Program-made: the position numbers and the translations under genes
Assembly: GCA_001189095.1 (NCBI GenBank)
Contig: LFCK01000001.1
Span: 84,485 to 148,484, forward strand
Source of the DNA: Parcubacteria bacterium C7867-001
Lineage (GTDB): Bacteria; Patescibacteriota; Minisyncoccia; Phycocordibacterales; Phycocordibacteraceae
Length of the DNA: 64,000 nucleotides
Direction of reading: 5' to 3'
The notes under the pieces: model-generated
What the model was told of the DNA's origin: nothing
The model's database searches: none
The model's input: only the letters and a program-made list of their open reading frames with translations
Shown here: positions 16,221-24,801 of the stretch, in pieces
How the letters are laid out: each line of letters begins with the position of its first letter
Position numbering within the stretch: position 1 is the first letter of the stretch

Positions 16221-17978
16221 CGTGAGTTCAAGCTCGAGGTCGTCGAACTTCTTCACTCGCGGGAGCAGTTTTCCCGCACCCGGCTCATACTCGAGCCGGA
16301 CGCGGTCCTTCGCTTCCGCATACTTCACTTCGGGCGAGAGCGCCGACAGGATTGAATACTCCTGACTCGCTTTCCCGACTGTGAGCAGCATCCAGCGGCT
16401 CTTGCCGTCTGGATTTTCCGCGATGCGCACGATGACGCCTTCCGCGGTAGCTGTCGTGACCGTTTTCTGCTCGAACGCAGCGCCCGGCTTTTCTTGCAGC
16501 GCATCTTGGTAGAGGCGCAGCGCATCATCGATCGACTCGGACGCAGCAACGATTTGGTAATCGCGCACACTCGCAAAGGCATACATCCGCGGGATGCTGT
16601 CGTTGCCCGAGAGGGTCATGAAGTAGGTCGGGACGCCACCCATGTTGTAGAGGATGGCTTCTCCCGCCCCATACCGAGCTTTTTTGACTTCCGGATAATT
16701 CTCCACGGAACTCCGTGAAGCATCCTCGATCGCGCCGGGGATTTTATACCGCCGGACTTCCTTGGTCTTCGTATCGATGAGGATGAACCCCGTCGTCGAT
16801 TGATCGTTGCCGACCGAGGTGATGCCGGTGTACCAGTACGTGCGGCCATTAACTCCCTCCACGAGGTGGAGGAAATCGGTCGACGTCTGATACATACCGA
16901 ACTTGCTCGTCCAGCTGTTCATCCAGCCGCCGACGAATCGGCCCTGGTTGTCGAACTGTTCGATTGCCATTCCTTCCGGAACGACGCGGTCAACCCATGC
17001 TGGCACGTTTTTCATGTTGTACCAGTTGGTCGCACCGGTCGAGGGGTCAACGACCACCACGCCCGTTGCGTCGTCACCGCTGAAGCCGACGCGTTTCTGG
17101 TAGGTCGTCACGACCCACCATGGCTTGCCGGCGTCATCGAGCTCGAAGGTCGGTTCGGTAAGACCGAACCCTGCGTATCCGTGCCCCCGAAGGTGCCGGA
17201 TGAGGTAGTCGTTCCAGTGCGCGCCTTCCGCCATATAGCGAAGGTCGACCGGATTGCCGTTTACCGCGGTCACCAAGAGCTTGCGCTCCGGATCACTTGC
17301 CGACACGAGCACGTAGCCGTGCGTCGCATGGTTCGTGAACCAACGGAAGAATCCGCTGTGGACGAGCGGCGCCACCCAGACGAGCTCGTGCTCGAAGCAG
17401 ACTTTCTGCGGCGCCAAAGCGCCGAGCGTCGTCGCTTCGAAGCATCCGTTCATCTGCGAGATGTGCATCCGGCCGAGGTCCACTTGGGAACCAAGGCCTT
17501 GCTGCTCACCGAGCAATTTGTCGGCGATGCGAACGGCATACACGCCGTTCACGACACGCAATTTCTTCGTGTCGATCGGCGCCACGTCCTTGTCGAACGT
17601 CTGTGCTTCTTTCACAGGACCCATGAGGTCACGGTAGCCCTCCCAGCGGAAGAGCGGATCCGTGGTCATGAAGCCGACGATCCAGAAGCCAATGATGACG
17701 CTGACGAGGGCGCCGAAGCCAGTGATGTTTGGAGCTTCGTAGTCCGAACGAATGCACCCGAAGGCGCAGCCGATGGCGAACGCGAAGAAGCAGAGGTACC
17801 AGCACATGCTGAACCAACCGTTCACTGCCGGCACGAAGCTCCAACCGGCGAGGCCGATCAGGAGCCCAGCGACGACCGCCGAAGCGATATAGGCGCTTCG
17901 GTATTTCGAGAACGAGACCAAGCAGCCGAGCACGGCCAAGGCCGCACCGAGGGCTGCGTATATGAGGAATATTTCCAA
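16215..17978 (-). CDS. Membrane-anchored protein with large extracytoplasmic domain, hypothetical; TTG start
   Basis: Four N-terminal TM helices then ~450 aa with no recognised domain. TTG start with GGGGG RBS and a consensus promoter upstream. Confidence 0.55.
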   Translation of the reverse strand: MEIFLIYAALGAALAVLGCLVSFSKYRSAYIASAVVAGLLIGLAGWSFVPAVNGWFSMCWYLCFFAFAIGCAFGCIRSDYEAPNITGFGALVSVIIGFWIVGFMTTDPLFRWEGYRDLMGPVKEAQTFDKDVAPIDTKKLRVVNGVYAVRIADKLLGEQQGLGSQVDLGRMHISQMNGCFEATTLGALAPQKVCFEHELVWVAPLVHSGFFRWFTNHATHGYVLVSASDPERKLLVTAVNGNPVDLRYMAEGAHWNDYLIRHLRGHGYAGFGLTEPTFELDDAGKPWWVVTTYQKRVGFSGDDATGVVVVDPSTGATNWYNMKNVPAWVDRVVPEGMAIEQFDNQGRFVGGWMNSWTSKFGMYQTSTDFLHLVEGVNGRTYWYTGITSVGNDQSTTGFILIDTKTKEVRRYKIPGAIEDASRSSVENYPEVKKARYGAGEAILYNMGGVPTYFMTLSGNDSIPRMYAFASVRDYQIVAASESIDDALRLYQDALQEKPGAAFEQKTVTTATAEGVIVRIAENPDGKSRWMLLTVGKASQEYSILSALSPEVKYAEAKDRVRLEYEPGAGKLLPRVKKFDDLELELTK

Positions 17979-18020
17979 GGGAAACCCCCTAACTCAAAAG
18001 GACGAAAGTGTCCTAATGTG

Positions 18021-18049
18021 ATTATACTATAATATAGTTAAAAGGTCAA
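18021..18049 (-). promoter_or_regulatory. Sigma70-like promoter TTGACC-17-TATAAT for the 16215..17978 gene
   Basis: Minus-strand reading TTGACCttttaactatattatagTATAAT; spacer is exactly 17 nt. Confidence 0.5.
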
Positions 18050-18604
18050 TTAGTGCGGATGAGCCTTATTGTACTCGGCGATTTCGCGCATGATGGTGTC
18101 GCGGATGTGGGTGGGGCGCTCAAGTCCGGTCATGACGAACTTCTCTTCGGCGCCAGCACTCTGCACCTCAACGGTGCCGAAGCCGAAAATGGTATGGAAG
18201 AAACCGGTGATGTTGGTGGTCACGTCCTGCACACGCGCGAGCGGAACACTCGAGACTTCGCGGCGGAAGTAGCCGGTCTGCTCAATATCAACGATACGAG
18301 TCGAGGTGATGACCCATTGATTCAGGAAGAAGCGCGTGAATGCGCTGAAGAATTTAAACCATGTGAAGAGCCACCACGTGCCAAGGATGAAGCGCACCCA
18401 TTTATTGTCGAGAGCGAGGTATTTGGTGAAATCGTAAGTTGCGCCAAAGGTGCCGCCCGCGATGTAATCGAGAAGAAGAATCGGCAGCCATGCGATGAAG
18501 GCGTAGGCGATGGCATACCCAATGAGAATGAGCCAATGCTTCCTCACCACAAGGATGACTTTCTCGCCCGGTTCAAGCTCAAATTCTGGAGTGGGATTAA
18601 ACAT
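18050..18604 (-). CDS. Membrane protein with bacterial PH (bPH_2/YdbS-like) domain
   Basis: EPGEKVILVVRKHWLILIGYAIAYAFIAWLPILLL pattern followed by a cytoplasmic beta-rich part. Confidence 0.5.
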   Translation of the reverse strand: MFNPTPEFELEPGEKVILVVRKHWLILIGYAIAYAFIAWLPILLLDYIAGGTFGATYDFTKYLALDNKWVRFILGTWWLFTWFKFFSAFTRFFLNQWVITSTRIVDIEQTGYFRREVSSVPLARVQDVTTNITGFFHTIFGFGTVEVQSAGAEEKFVMTGLERPTHIRDTIMREIAEYNKAHPH

Positions 18605-18607
18605 AGG

Positions 18608-18871
18608 TTAGTGGAGACCGCTCGTTATGAAAAAAAGGAGGTTCACGGTCACAAAAAGGTGCGCCACTATCGCCGGAAGCGCAATCCATGAGTGCCGACC
18701 GAAACGGAACCAGTGATACACCGCGATGAGCGTATACACGGCCCACCAGATGAAAATGATGGCTAAGATGACGGCGATGACGTCCGCGCCGTTAATGATG
18801 TTGTTCGACCATGGCGAAGGAGGAACGACGAACGACGGAACAACGACGTTCGAGGTGGATGATGCGTCCAT
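18608..18871 (-). CDS. Small membrane protein, hypothetical
   Basis: 87 aa, two TM helices; 3-nt gap to the PH-domain gene. Confidence 0.4.
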   Translation of the reverse strand: MDASSTSNVVVPSFVVPPSPWSNNIINGADVIAVILAIIFIWWAVYTLIAVYHWFRFGRHSWIALPAIVAHLFVTVNLLFFITSGLH

Positions 18872-19611
18872 TACGGATAGTATCCCACGACCAGTCGTGG
18901 GCGACCATATGGGTCATTGTGCAGTTCGGCTCGCTCTGCGCCGCCTGCGAGGAGAAGTTCTTGCGCTCGTTCGATGTTGTCGATATCGCACTCTATCCAG
19001 ATGCTTCCGAGCGGCGCGAGGTATTCACGTGCTTCCGCTACGACGCGTTCGATAATGGCGAGGCCATCGGGCCCCGCAAAGAGTGCTTCAGGTGGCTCAA
19101 ACTCGGTGACTTCCTCGCCGAGCTCGCGTGTATCAGGAATATACGGCGGGTTCGTCGCGATGATATCGAACTGCTCTCCGGCAAATGCTTCGAAAAGATC
19201 TCCCGCGCGTATGCTTGCGCGGGACGCATCGAGCTGGTTTTCAACAAGATTCTTTTCGACGAGTGCTGCGTGCTCAGGGATGAGTTCACCAAAAGAGACG
19301 CGCGCGTTCGGGCAGTACTTAAGAACGGACAGACCGATGGCGCCCGAGCCGGCGCAGAGGTCGAGAACGCGGAGCGGCTCGTTACCGATTCGCTCGATGA
19401 GCGCTTCCGTCCACCACTCGGTTTCTGGTCGTGGAATAAGCGGGCGCGAGTCGAGATTTATTTTGAGTTCGAGAAAGGGAAGCCAGCCGATGACGTAGGC
19501 AAGCGGCTCGCCTGCGGCGAGTCGCGCAACGTCGTCCGCAATATCCGCGTTTTGATCGCCGTCATATTTATCTTGAATAAGCGCCTGAATATCCTCCTGA
19601 GCGACCTCCAT
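18871..19611 (-). CDS. prmC: Release-factor glutamine N5-methyltransferase PrmC/HemK
   Basis: IIATNPPYIP (NPPY) motif and SAM-binding LDLCAGSGAIG. Confidence 0.85.
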   Translation of the reverse strand: MEVAQEDIQALIQDKYDGDQNADIADDVARLAAGEPLAYVIGWLPFLELKINLDSRPLIPRPETEWWTEALIERIGNEPLRVLDLCAGSGAIGLSVLKYCPNARVSFGELIPEHAALVEKNLVENQLDASRASIRAGDLFEAFAGEQFDIIATNPPYIPDTRELGEEVTEFEPPEALFAGPDGLAIIERVVAEAREYLAPLGSIWIECDIDNIERAQELLLAGGAERAELHNDPYGRPRLVVGYYP

Positions 19612-19613
19612 AT

Positions 19614-20093
19614 ATGGGCTATACTACAACGTATATGAAAGGAATGTTCTGGAATATCTTTTTCCTCGTGTTCTTCGCCGTGCTCGTGCTCTTCGGCTAC
19701 GGCTGGCTGTATGACAATGCACGGACACCGGACTGGATCTCGCTGGGCGATTTCTTCCTCATCGTACTCGCCATTTTCCGCCTCGTGCGCCTTGTTTCGT
19801 ATGACCTCATCCTCCACTTCTTCCGCGATTGGCTCGCAAAGGCTCCTGCAGATTCTTTTCTCGGAACGCTCTCGGCGTTGGTGCATTGTCCGTGGTGCAC
19901 CGGCCTTTGGTTCTCTGGCTTCGTTCTCTTCTTCTACTACGCAACGCCGTTTGCGTGGCCGATCATCCTCATGCTCGCACTCGCGGCCCTCGCTTCAATC
20001 CTTCAAATTCTCGCGAATCTGATTGGCTGGACTGCGGAATCAAAAAAACGTTCGGTTGTTGGGCAACAAAACTCAACCTCTACCTGCGGATAA
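19614..20093 (+). CDS. DUF1360 membrane protein; start may be at 19635
   Basis: FRLVRLVSYDLI and HCPWCTGLWFS motifs typical of DUF1360. Confidence 0.6.
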   Translation: MGYTTTYMKGMFWNIFFLVFFAVLVLFGYGWLYDNARTPDWISLGDFFLIVLAIFRLVRLVSYDLILHFFRDWLAKAPADSFLGTLSALVHCPWCTGLWFSGFVLFFYYATPFAWPIILMLALAALASILQILANLIGWTAESKKRSVVGQQNSTSTCG

Positions 20094-20145
20094 AAGAAAA
20101 ACTCCCGTCGAAACGGGAGTTTTTCTTTCGGGGAACTAGAGGGGT

Positions 20146-20496
20146 TTAATAACCGCCTCCGTAACCACCGCGGTCGTTGCCGCCGCCGTAGCCACCACGT
20201 CCGCCGCCGAAACCACCTCCGCCTTCGCGGCGAGGAGGACGGTCACCTTGCGGGCGAGCCTGAGAAACCGAGAGCGTGCGCCCATCGAATTCTTTGCCGT
20301 CCCAGCGGTCGATAGCTGCCTGTCCGGCTGCTTCATCCGCCATTTCGACGAAACCGAATCCGCGTGAGCGGCCGGTCATACGATCCATGATAATACTGAC
20401 GGACGCTACCTGACCTGCTTCTTCAAAAGCGGTGCGGAGCTGATCGTCTGTCGTGCTGTACGGAATACCGCCGACGTAGAGCTTGCTTGTTGCCAT
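20146..20496 (-). CDS. Glycine-rich RNA-binding protein (RRM)
   Basis: RNP-2 LYVGGI and RNP-1 RGFGFVEM; C-terminal GGYGGG repeats. Confidence 0.85.
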   Translation of the reverse strand: MATSKLYVGGIPYSTTDDQLRTAFEEAGQVASVSIIMDRMTGRSRGFGFVEMADEAAGQAAIDRWDGKEFDGRTLSVSQARPQGDRPPRREGGGGFGGGRGGYGGGNDRGGYGGGY

Positions 20497-20658
20497 GTGG
20501 CTAGATTGAATTTTCGAATAACCTCGCCGAACTCATATGCTGTGGAGCGGCGTTTGGCCGCGCAAAAGCTCCGGATACTGCGAGTTAACCCCATTATGCT
20601 ACAGAGTTCATAAAATCGCAAGTTTTCAAGCGTGGCCTGTGGATTACGAATTCATGAC

Positions 20659-20687
20659 TTGACATAAGTATATATTCATGATAATAT
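20659..20687 (+). promoter_or_regulatory. Sigma70-like promoter TTGACA-17-TAATAT
   Basis: Near-consensus -35 and -10 with 17-nt spacer, ~30 nt upstream of the ORF starting at 20719. Confidence 0.5.
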
Positions 20688-20718
20688 ATAGTTTGGTCAA
20701 GGAACAGAAAGGAAACTC

Positions 20719-20919
20719 ATGTTCTTACGTGCTTGTGGGTCCATGCTCGCGACGTTCGCCCTGGTCACTGTTGTGGCCTCGGGAATCATCGTGGGAGGCA
20801 ACCACCTCGTAATCGCCACCTCGCCCTTCGACTACCAGCTCCCGCTCGTGGATGCATTCAAGATCGCCGGAGTCATTGGCTTCATCGCGGCTTGGTTCAC
20901 CCCGACGCAGATTCGGTAA
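20719..20919 (+). CDS. Small hydrophobic protein (66 aa), hypothetical
   Basis: Has its own near-consensus promoter, an AGGAAAC RBS, and a terminator at 20938-20980. Confidence 0.45.
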   Translation: MFLRACGSMLATFALVTVVASGIIVGGNHLVIATSPFDYQLPLVDAFKIAGVIGFIAAWFTPTQIR

Positions 20920-20937
20920 GTCCGACGTGCGCAGGAA

Positions 20938-20980
20938 AAGAGCGCCCGCTACTACAGCGGGCGCTCAATCGTTTTCTTTT
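20938..20980. terminator. Bidirectional intrinsic terminator
   Basis: GAGCGCCCGCT-ACTAC-AGCGGGCGCTC then AATCGTTTTCTTTT; convergent with the purN 3' end. Confidence 0.6.
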
Positions 20981-21614
20981 ATATCGCCATCTCTCCTGTG
21001 AGAGACACTTCGTTTTCACCGTCCCATCTGATGTGACCTTGCACCACAAGGTTCGTGATGCGCGGTTGCCAGAAGTGCTCGGCGTCTTTTACGCGTTTAC
21101 CGAGCGTTTCCGGTGTGTCGTCGGGATCGATGCGAACTGCATGTTCGAAGAACACTGGTCCGCGGTCGTATTCCGGTGTAACGAAGTGCATCGTCACCGC
21201 GCTTACGCTCACGCGTCCTTCTCGGAAGGCTACAAGCACTGCTTCGTGCACGTATTGGCCGTAGAGACCTTTGCCGCCAAACGCAGGAAGCGGCGCCGGA
21301 TGGATGTTGAACGTCGTTCGTGGATTGAGCCCGCGAACGGGTTTCAGCCATCCTGAGAGCGCCACAAAATCCGGTTTGTATTCTTCGACGAGTTTCCAAT
21401 ATCCTTCAGCACTCCACGACATATCGTAGAAGTGCGAAAAGGGAACGTGGAGTCGTTCCGCGCGTTCGCGGACGCCGCCGTTTGCGTGGTTCGAAACGAC
21501 GCCGACGATGTCGGCTTTGAGCGCGCCCTTTGCTGCGTGCTCAACGAGATTCTCGAACCCCGAGCCGCCGCCCGTAAGCGAGCCTGATGCGAACACCAAA
21601 AGCCGTGGTTTCAT
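20979..21614 (-). CDS. purN: Phosphoribosylglycinamide formyltransferase
   Basis: NIHPAPLPAFGG and HFVTPEYDRGPV motifs. Start MKPRLLVFASG at 21614; the track's longer 365-aa ORF would overlap cydA. Confidence 0.8.
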   Translation of the reverse strand: MKPRLLVFASGSLTGGGSGFENLVEHAAKGALKADIVGVVSNHANGGVRERAERLHVPFSHFYDMSWSAEGYWKLVEEYKPDFVALSGWLKPVRGLNPRTTFNIHPAPLPAFGGKGLYGQYVHEAVLVAFREGRVSVSAVTMHFVTPEYDRGPVFFEHAVRIDPDDTPETLGKRVKDAEHFWQPRITNLVVQGHIRWDGENEVSLTGEMAI

Positions 21615-21685
21615 TTCTAAAGTTCCTTTCCATGGAAGAGGATGGATTCCCATTCGGCGATTGTCAAACTGATACCCCATCCATG

Positions 21686-23060
21686 CGATAGAATGAAGGG
21701 AATGGACGTGCTCACGCTCTCCCGCATCCAGTTCGCCGATACGGCGATTTTCCATATTATCTGGCCGCTTCTTTCCATCGGCCTCGCGTTCTACCTCGTG
21801 CTGATGGAGGGCATGTGGCTCCGCACGAAGGATGCAAAGTTCTATCACCAAGCGCGTTTCTGGACGAAAATCTTTGTGCTCACGTTTGCGATAGGCGTCT
21901 CGAGTGGTTTTCCTCTTTCCTTCCAGTTCGGTACCAACTGGGCGGAATTCAGCAAGGCGGCTGGCAGTTTCTTCGGCAATATCCTTGGATTCGAAACGAC
22001 GATTGCCTTTACACTCGAAACCGCATCGCTCGGCATTTTCCTCTTCGGCTGGAAGCGCGTTCCGAAAATCATCCACTTCCTTTCCGGTGTCGGCGTGTTC
22101 GTCGGCGCTTCGCTCTCGGGCTTCTGGATCGTCGTTGCTAATTCATGGATGCAGGTGCCGCGCGGCATTCACATGGAGGACGGGAAAATCATCGTCGACA
22201 ATTATATGGAGGCTATCTTCAATCCATCGTCCCTCGTTTCCTACGGGCATATGTGGCTTGCCTGCATCGAGACGACCCTCTTCTTTATGGCCGGTCTCTG
22301 TGCGCTTGCGCTTCTCAACAAAGCGAAGGAGAGCGCGTTTTTTCTCACCGCATTTAAATACGTGCTCGGGCTCATGCTCATCGTGACCCCGCTTCAAATT
22401 GGCTTTGGACACCTCATTGGTTTGGTTGTTGCTGAACATCAGCCAGCCAAGCTTGCAGCAAGCGAGCTGCACTGGGACGTGAACAAGCCGGGGGATGGGG
22501 CTGCATGGAACATCATTGCGTGGCCGAATGAGGAAGGAACAGGGAACGCGTTTGAGCTCGGCATTCCCGCAGGCCTCTCGCTTATCGTGACGGATTCGCT
22601 CACGGGCACCGTGCAAGGACTCAATGAGTTCCCGAAAGATGAGCGTCCGAATGCTATCGAAAGCACGATAACCTTCTACGCATTCCGTGTAATGGTTGCT
22701 ATCGGCGTCATTTTGCTTCTCCTTTCATTCCTTGGTGCGTGGTACTGGTGGAAGAAACGTCTCACGGTCGAAGGCGTACAGAAAGATCGTTTGTTCTGGT
22801 GGCTCTTCGTGGGGGCGTTGCCGCTCGGATTCATCGCAACCGAGGCGGGCTGGGTCGTGCGCGAAGTCGGCCGGCAGCCATGGGTCATGTATCACCTCCT
22901 TAAAACCTCAGACGCTGTCTCTGCGCATCTGGAGTCTTCAGTCATAAGTCTCTTCATCATTGGGCTCACAACCATTTTCGCCATCATGTTTATTTTGTTC
23001 GTCTTCTTCACGTATCGCATCGTTCGTGCGGGCCCTGATCTTTCCGCGCCTGTACCATGA
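21686..23060 (+). CDS. cydA: Cytochrome bd ubiquinol oxidase subunit I
   Basis: N-terminus MDVLTLSRIQFADTAIFHIIWP and Q-loop region GWKRVP...WMQVP fit CydA. Start could alternatively be 21677 or 21642. Confidence 0.8.
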
Positions 23061-24055
23061 CCGAATCTATCCTTCCAATCATCTGGTACTTCATCATCTG
23101 CGGCGAACTCGGTCTCTACATCCTGCTTGATGGCGCAAATCTCGGCATCGGCATCCTTTCTCTTTTTCCGCAGAAGGAAGAGGAGCGGGGAATCATGATG
23201 CGACTCTTGGGTCCGATTTGGAATGCGAATGAAACGTGGCTGCTGGTGGCAGCCGGCTCGCTCTTCGGCGCATTCCCTCTTGTATATGCAGTCGGCCTCA
23301 ATGCTCTCTACATACCGGCTGGTGTCATTCTCATCGGTCTTGCACTCCGCGCTGTGTCGTTTGAGTTCCATGCCTACGCGAACAATAAACGCTTCTGGAG
23401 CGGCATGTTCGGTGTTGCGAGCGCCATTCTCGTTGCGGGGCAAGGACTTGCGCTCGGAGGCTTACTGAGCGGCGTGAAAGTGGTTGATGGGAAGTTTGCA
23501 GGAAGCTTGTTCGACTTTGCGACGCCCGTTACGTTCCTCATAACCATCGGCATTTTCTTTAGTTACCTCGTACTGGGCTACGCCTACCTCATTCGGAATT
23601 CCTCGTATCAAAATTCAAATGAGACCTTTCCGCGCATTCTGATTGCGGCGGGAGGAACATTCATTGCACTGCTCGGCGCCACATTCCTCCTCCCAGAAAC
23701 GAACTACGTGTTTTTCGATCGTTGGACCATGTCGCCGACGATGTACTACCTCTTTGCGCTCGCGGGTGTTATTGGGTTTGTATCGGTTACGCTTGCGTAC
23801 TACGTCATCAAGAAAATACATCTCGAGCGCGTGTACTACTTGTGTCTCGGTATTTTCGTTTTAGGCGCACTTGGGATGCTTATCGGCACCTATCCGTATC
23901 TCCTCCCCGGTTCGATAACCATTTTCGAAGCGGCGTCTCCAGACTCGACGCTCTCCTTCATGCTCTGGGGTATCGGCCCGATTCTCCCCATCATCCTCCT
24001 CTACAACTTCTATCTCCATAAGATTTTTGCGAGAAAAACAGAGGGTGGGTACTAG
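23057..24055 (+). CDS. cydB: Cytochrome bd oxidase subunit II
   Basis: Overlapping start ATGA; polytopic 332-aa protein with CydB-like N-terminus IIWYFIICGELGLYILLDG. Confidence 0.7.
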   Translation: MTESILPIIWYFIICGELGLYILLDGANLGIGILSLFPQKEEERGIMMRLLGPIWNANETWLLVAAGSLFGAFPLVYAVGLNALYIPAGVILIGLALRAVSFEFHAYANNKRFWSGMFGVASAILVAGQGLALGGLLSGVKVVDGKFAGSLFDFATPVTFLITIGIFFSYLVLGYAYLIRNSSYQNSNETFPRILIAAGGTFIALLGATFLLPETNYVFFDRWTMSPTMYYLFALAGVIGFVSVTLAYYVIKKIHLERVYYLCLGIFVLGALGMLIGTYPYLLPGSITIFEAASPDSTLSFMLWGIGPILPIILLYNFYLHKIFARKTEGGY

Positions 24056-24071
24056 CGCGGCTCGGGGTTAA

Positions 24072-24100
24072 TTGACTAATGGCATAAAGTATGATATATT
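24072..24100 (+). promoter_or_regulatory. Sigma70-like promoter TTGACT-17-TATATT inside a GGGGTTAA...TTAACCCC inverted repeat
   Basis: Read directly from the sequence; precedes the membrane-protein ORF. Confidence 0.45.
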
Positions 24101-24143
24101 AAGGTTAACCCCATGTGGGGCAAACCAAGGAAAGGGTCCTTAC

Positions 24144-24743
24144 GTGCAACAACCTAATCCTGCAAAATGGACGCTTGGTCCGATTGATCTCTCGTTCTTC
24201 CAGAACGTCAGTCAGTCGTTCATGCGATTCCATGACCGGCACATCTTTGTGCGTGCCGTGTCGCAACTCGTCGTCGTTCTTTCAATCATCGCTGGCGGCC
24301 TCGCGGCCTGCTACGGCCTCATCGCCATGATGTTTGGCGTTGCCAACCTCGTCATGAAGATGCTGTCTATCGGCGACGCAACGTCGCCGTACTGGGCGTA
24401 CGCCCTCTTCGGCATTGGCGGTCTCGCGTTCGCATACGCGTGCTGCGCGTTCGTCGTCTTCGTCGGGCAGGCTGTTACGCAACGGACGCTCCAAGTGCTG
24501 ATTTCGGGGTTCTGCATCCCGGGCGGCTTACTCTTGGCGTATGCCGGATTCGGGATGGCGCAGGTCCTCGACCTGCTTCACCTGAACTTCTGGCATATGT
24601 TCGGCTACGTCGACGCTGTGGGCGTCTTCTTCGGCTGGGCGCTCGGGCTGGGCGGTTTATGCATGGTAGTTTTGGGGGCACTCGTTGCCTTCATGTCGCC
24701 AGCTGAATTCGTCGAGTATCGCGCTCGCCAAGCGACGGTCTAA
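24144..24743 (+). CDS. Membrane protein, hypothetical; start uncertain (GTG at 24144 after AAGGAAAGG, or 24072)
   Basis: Five hydrophobic helices; downstream of cydAB with its own promoter. Confidence 0.4.
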   Translation: MQQPNPAKWTLGPIDLSFFQNVSQSFMRFHDRHIFVRAVSQLVVVLSIIAGGLAACYGLIAMMFGVANLVMKMLSIGDATSPYWAYALFGIGGLAFAYACCAFVVFVGQAVTQRTLQVLISGFCIPGGLLLAYAGFGMAQVLDLLHLNFWHMFGYVDAVGVFFGWALGLGGLCMVVLGALVAFMSPAEFVEYRARQATV

Positions 24744-24801
24744 CCATACGGTCGCACGGACCTTTAACTCGTGCACAGGGTCACCGCAAGGTGGCCCTGA
24801 A

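Noticed and set aside
16800-18032. 410-aa + strand ORF
   Set aside because: Antisense to the 587-aa membrane-protein gene; Arg/His/Val-rich junk composition.
20979-22076. 365-aa ORF taken at full length
   Set aside because: Only the last 211 aa are PurN. The N-terminal extension overlaps cydA on the opposite strand and has junk composition; start reassigned to 21614.
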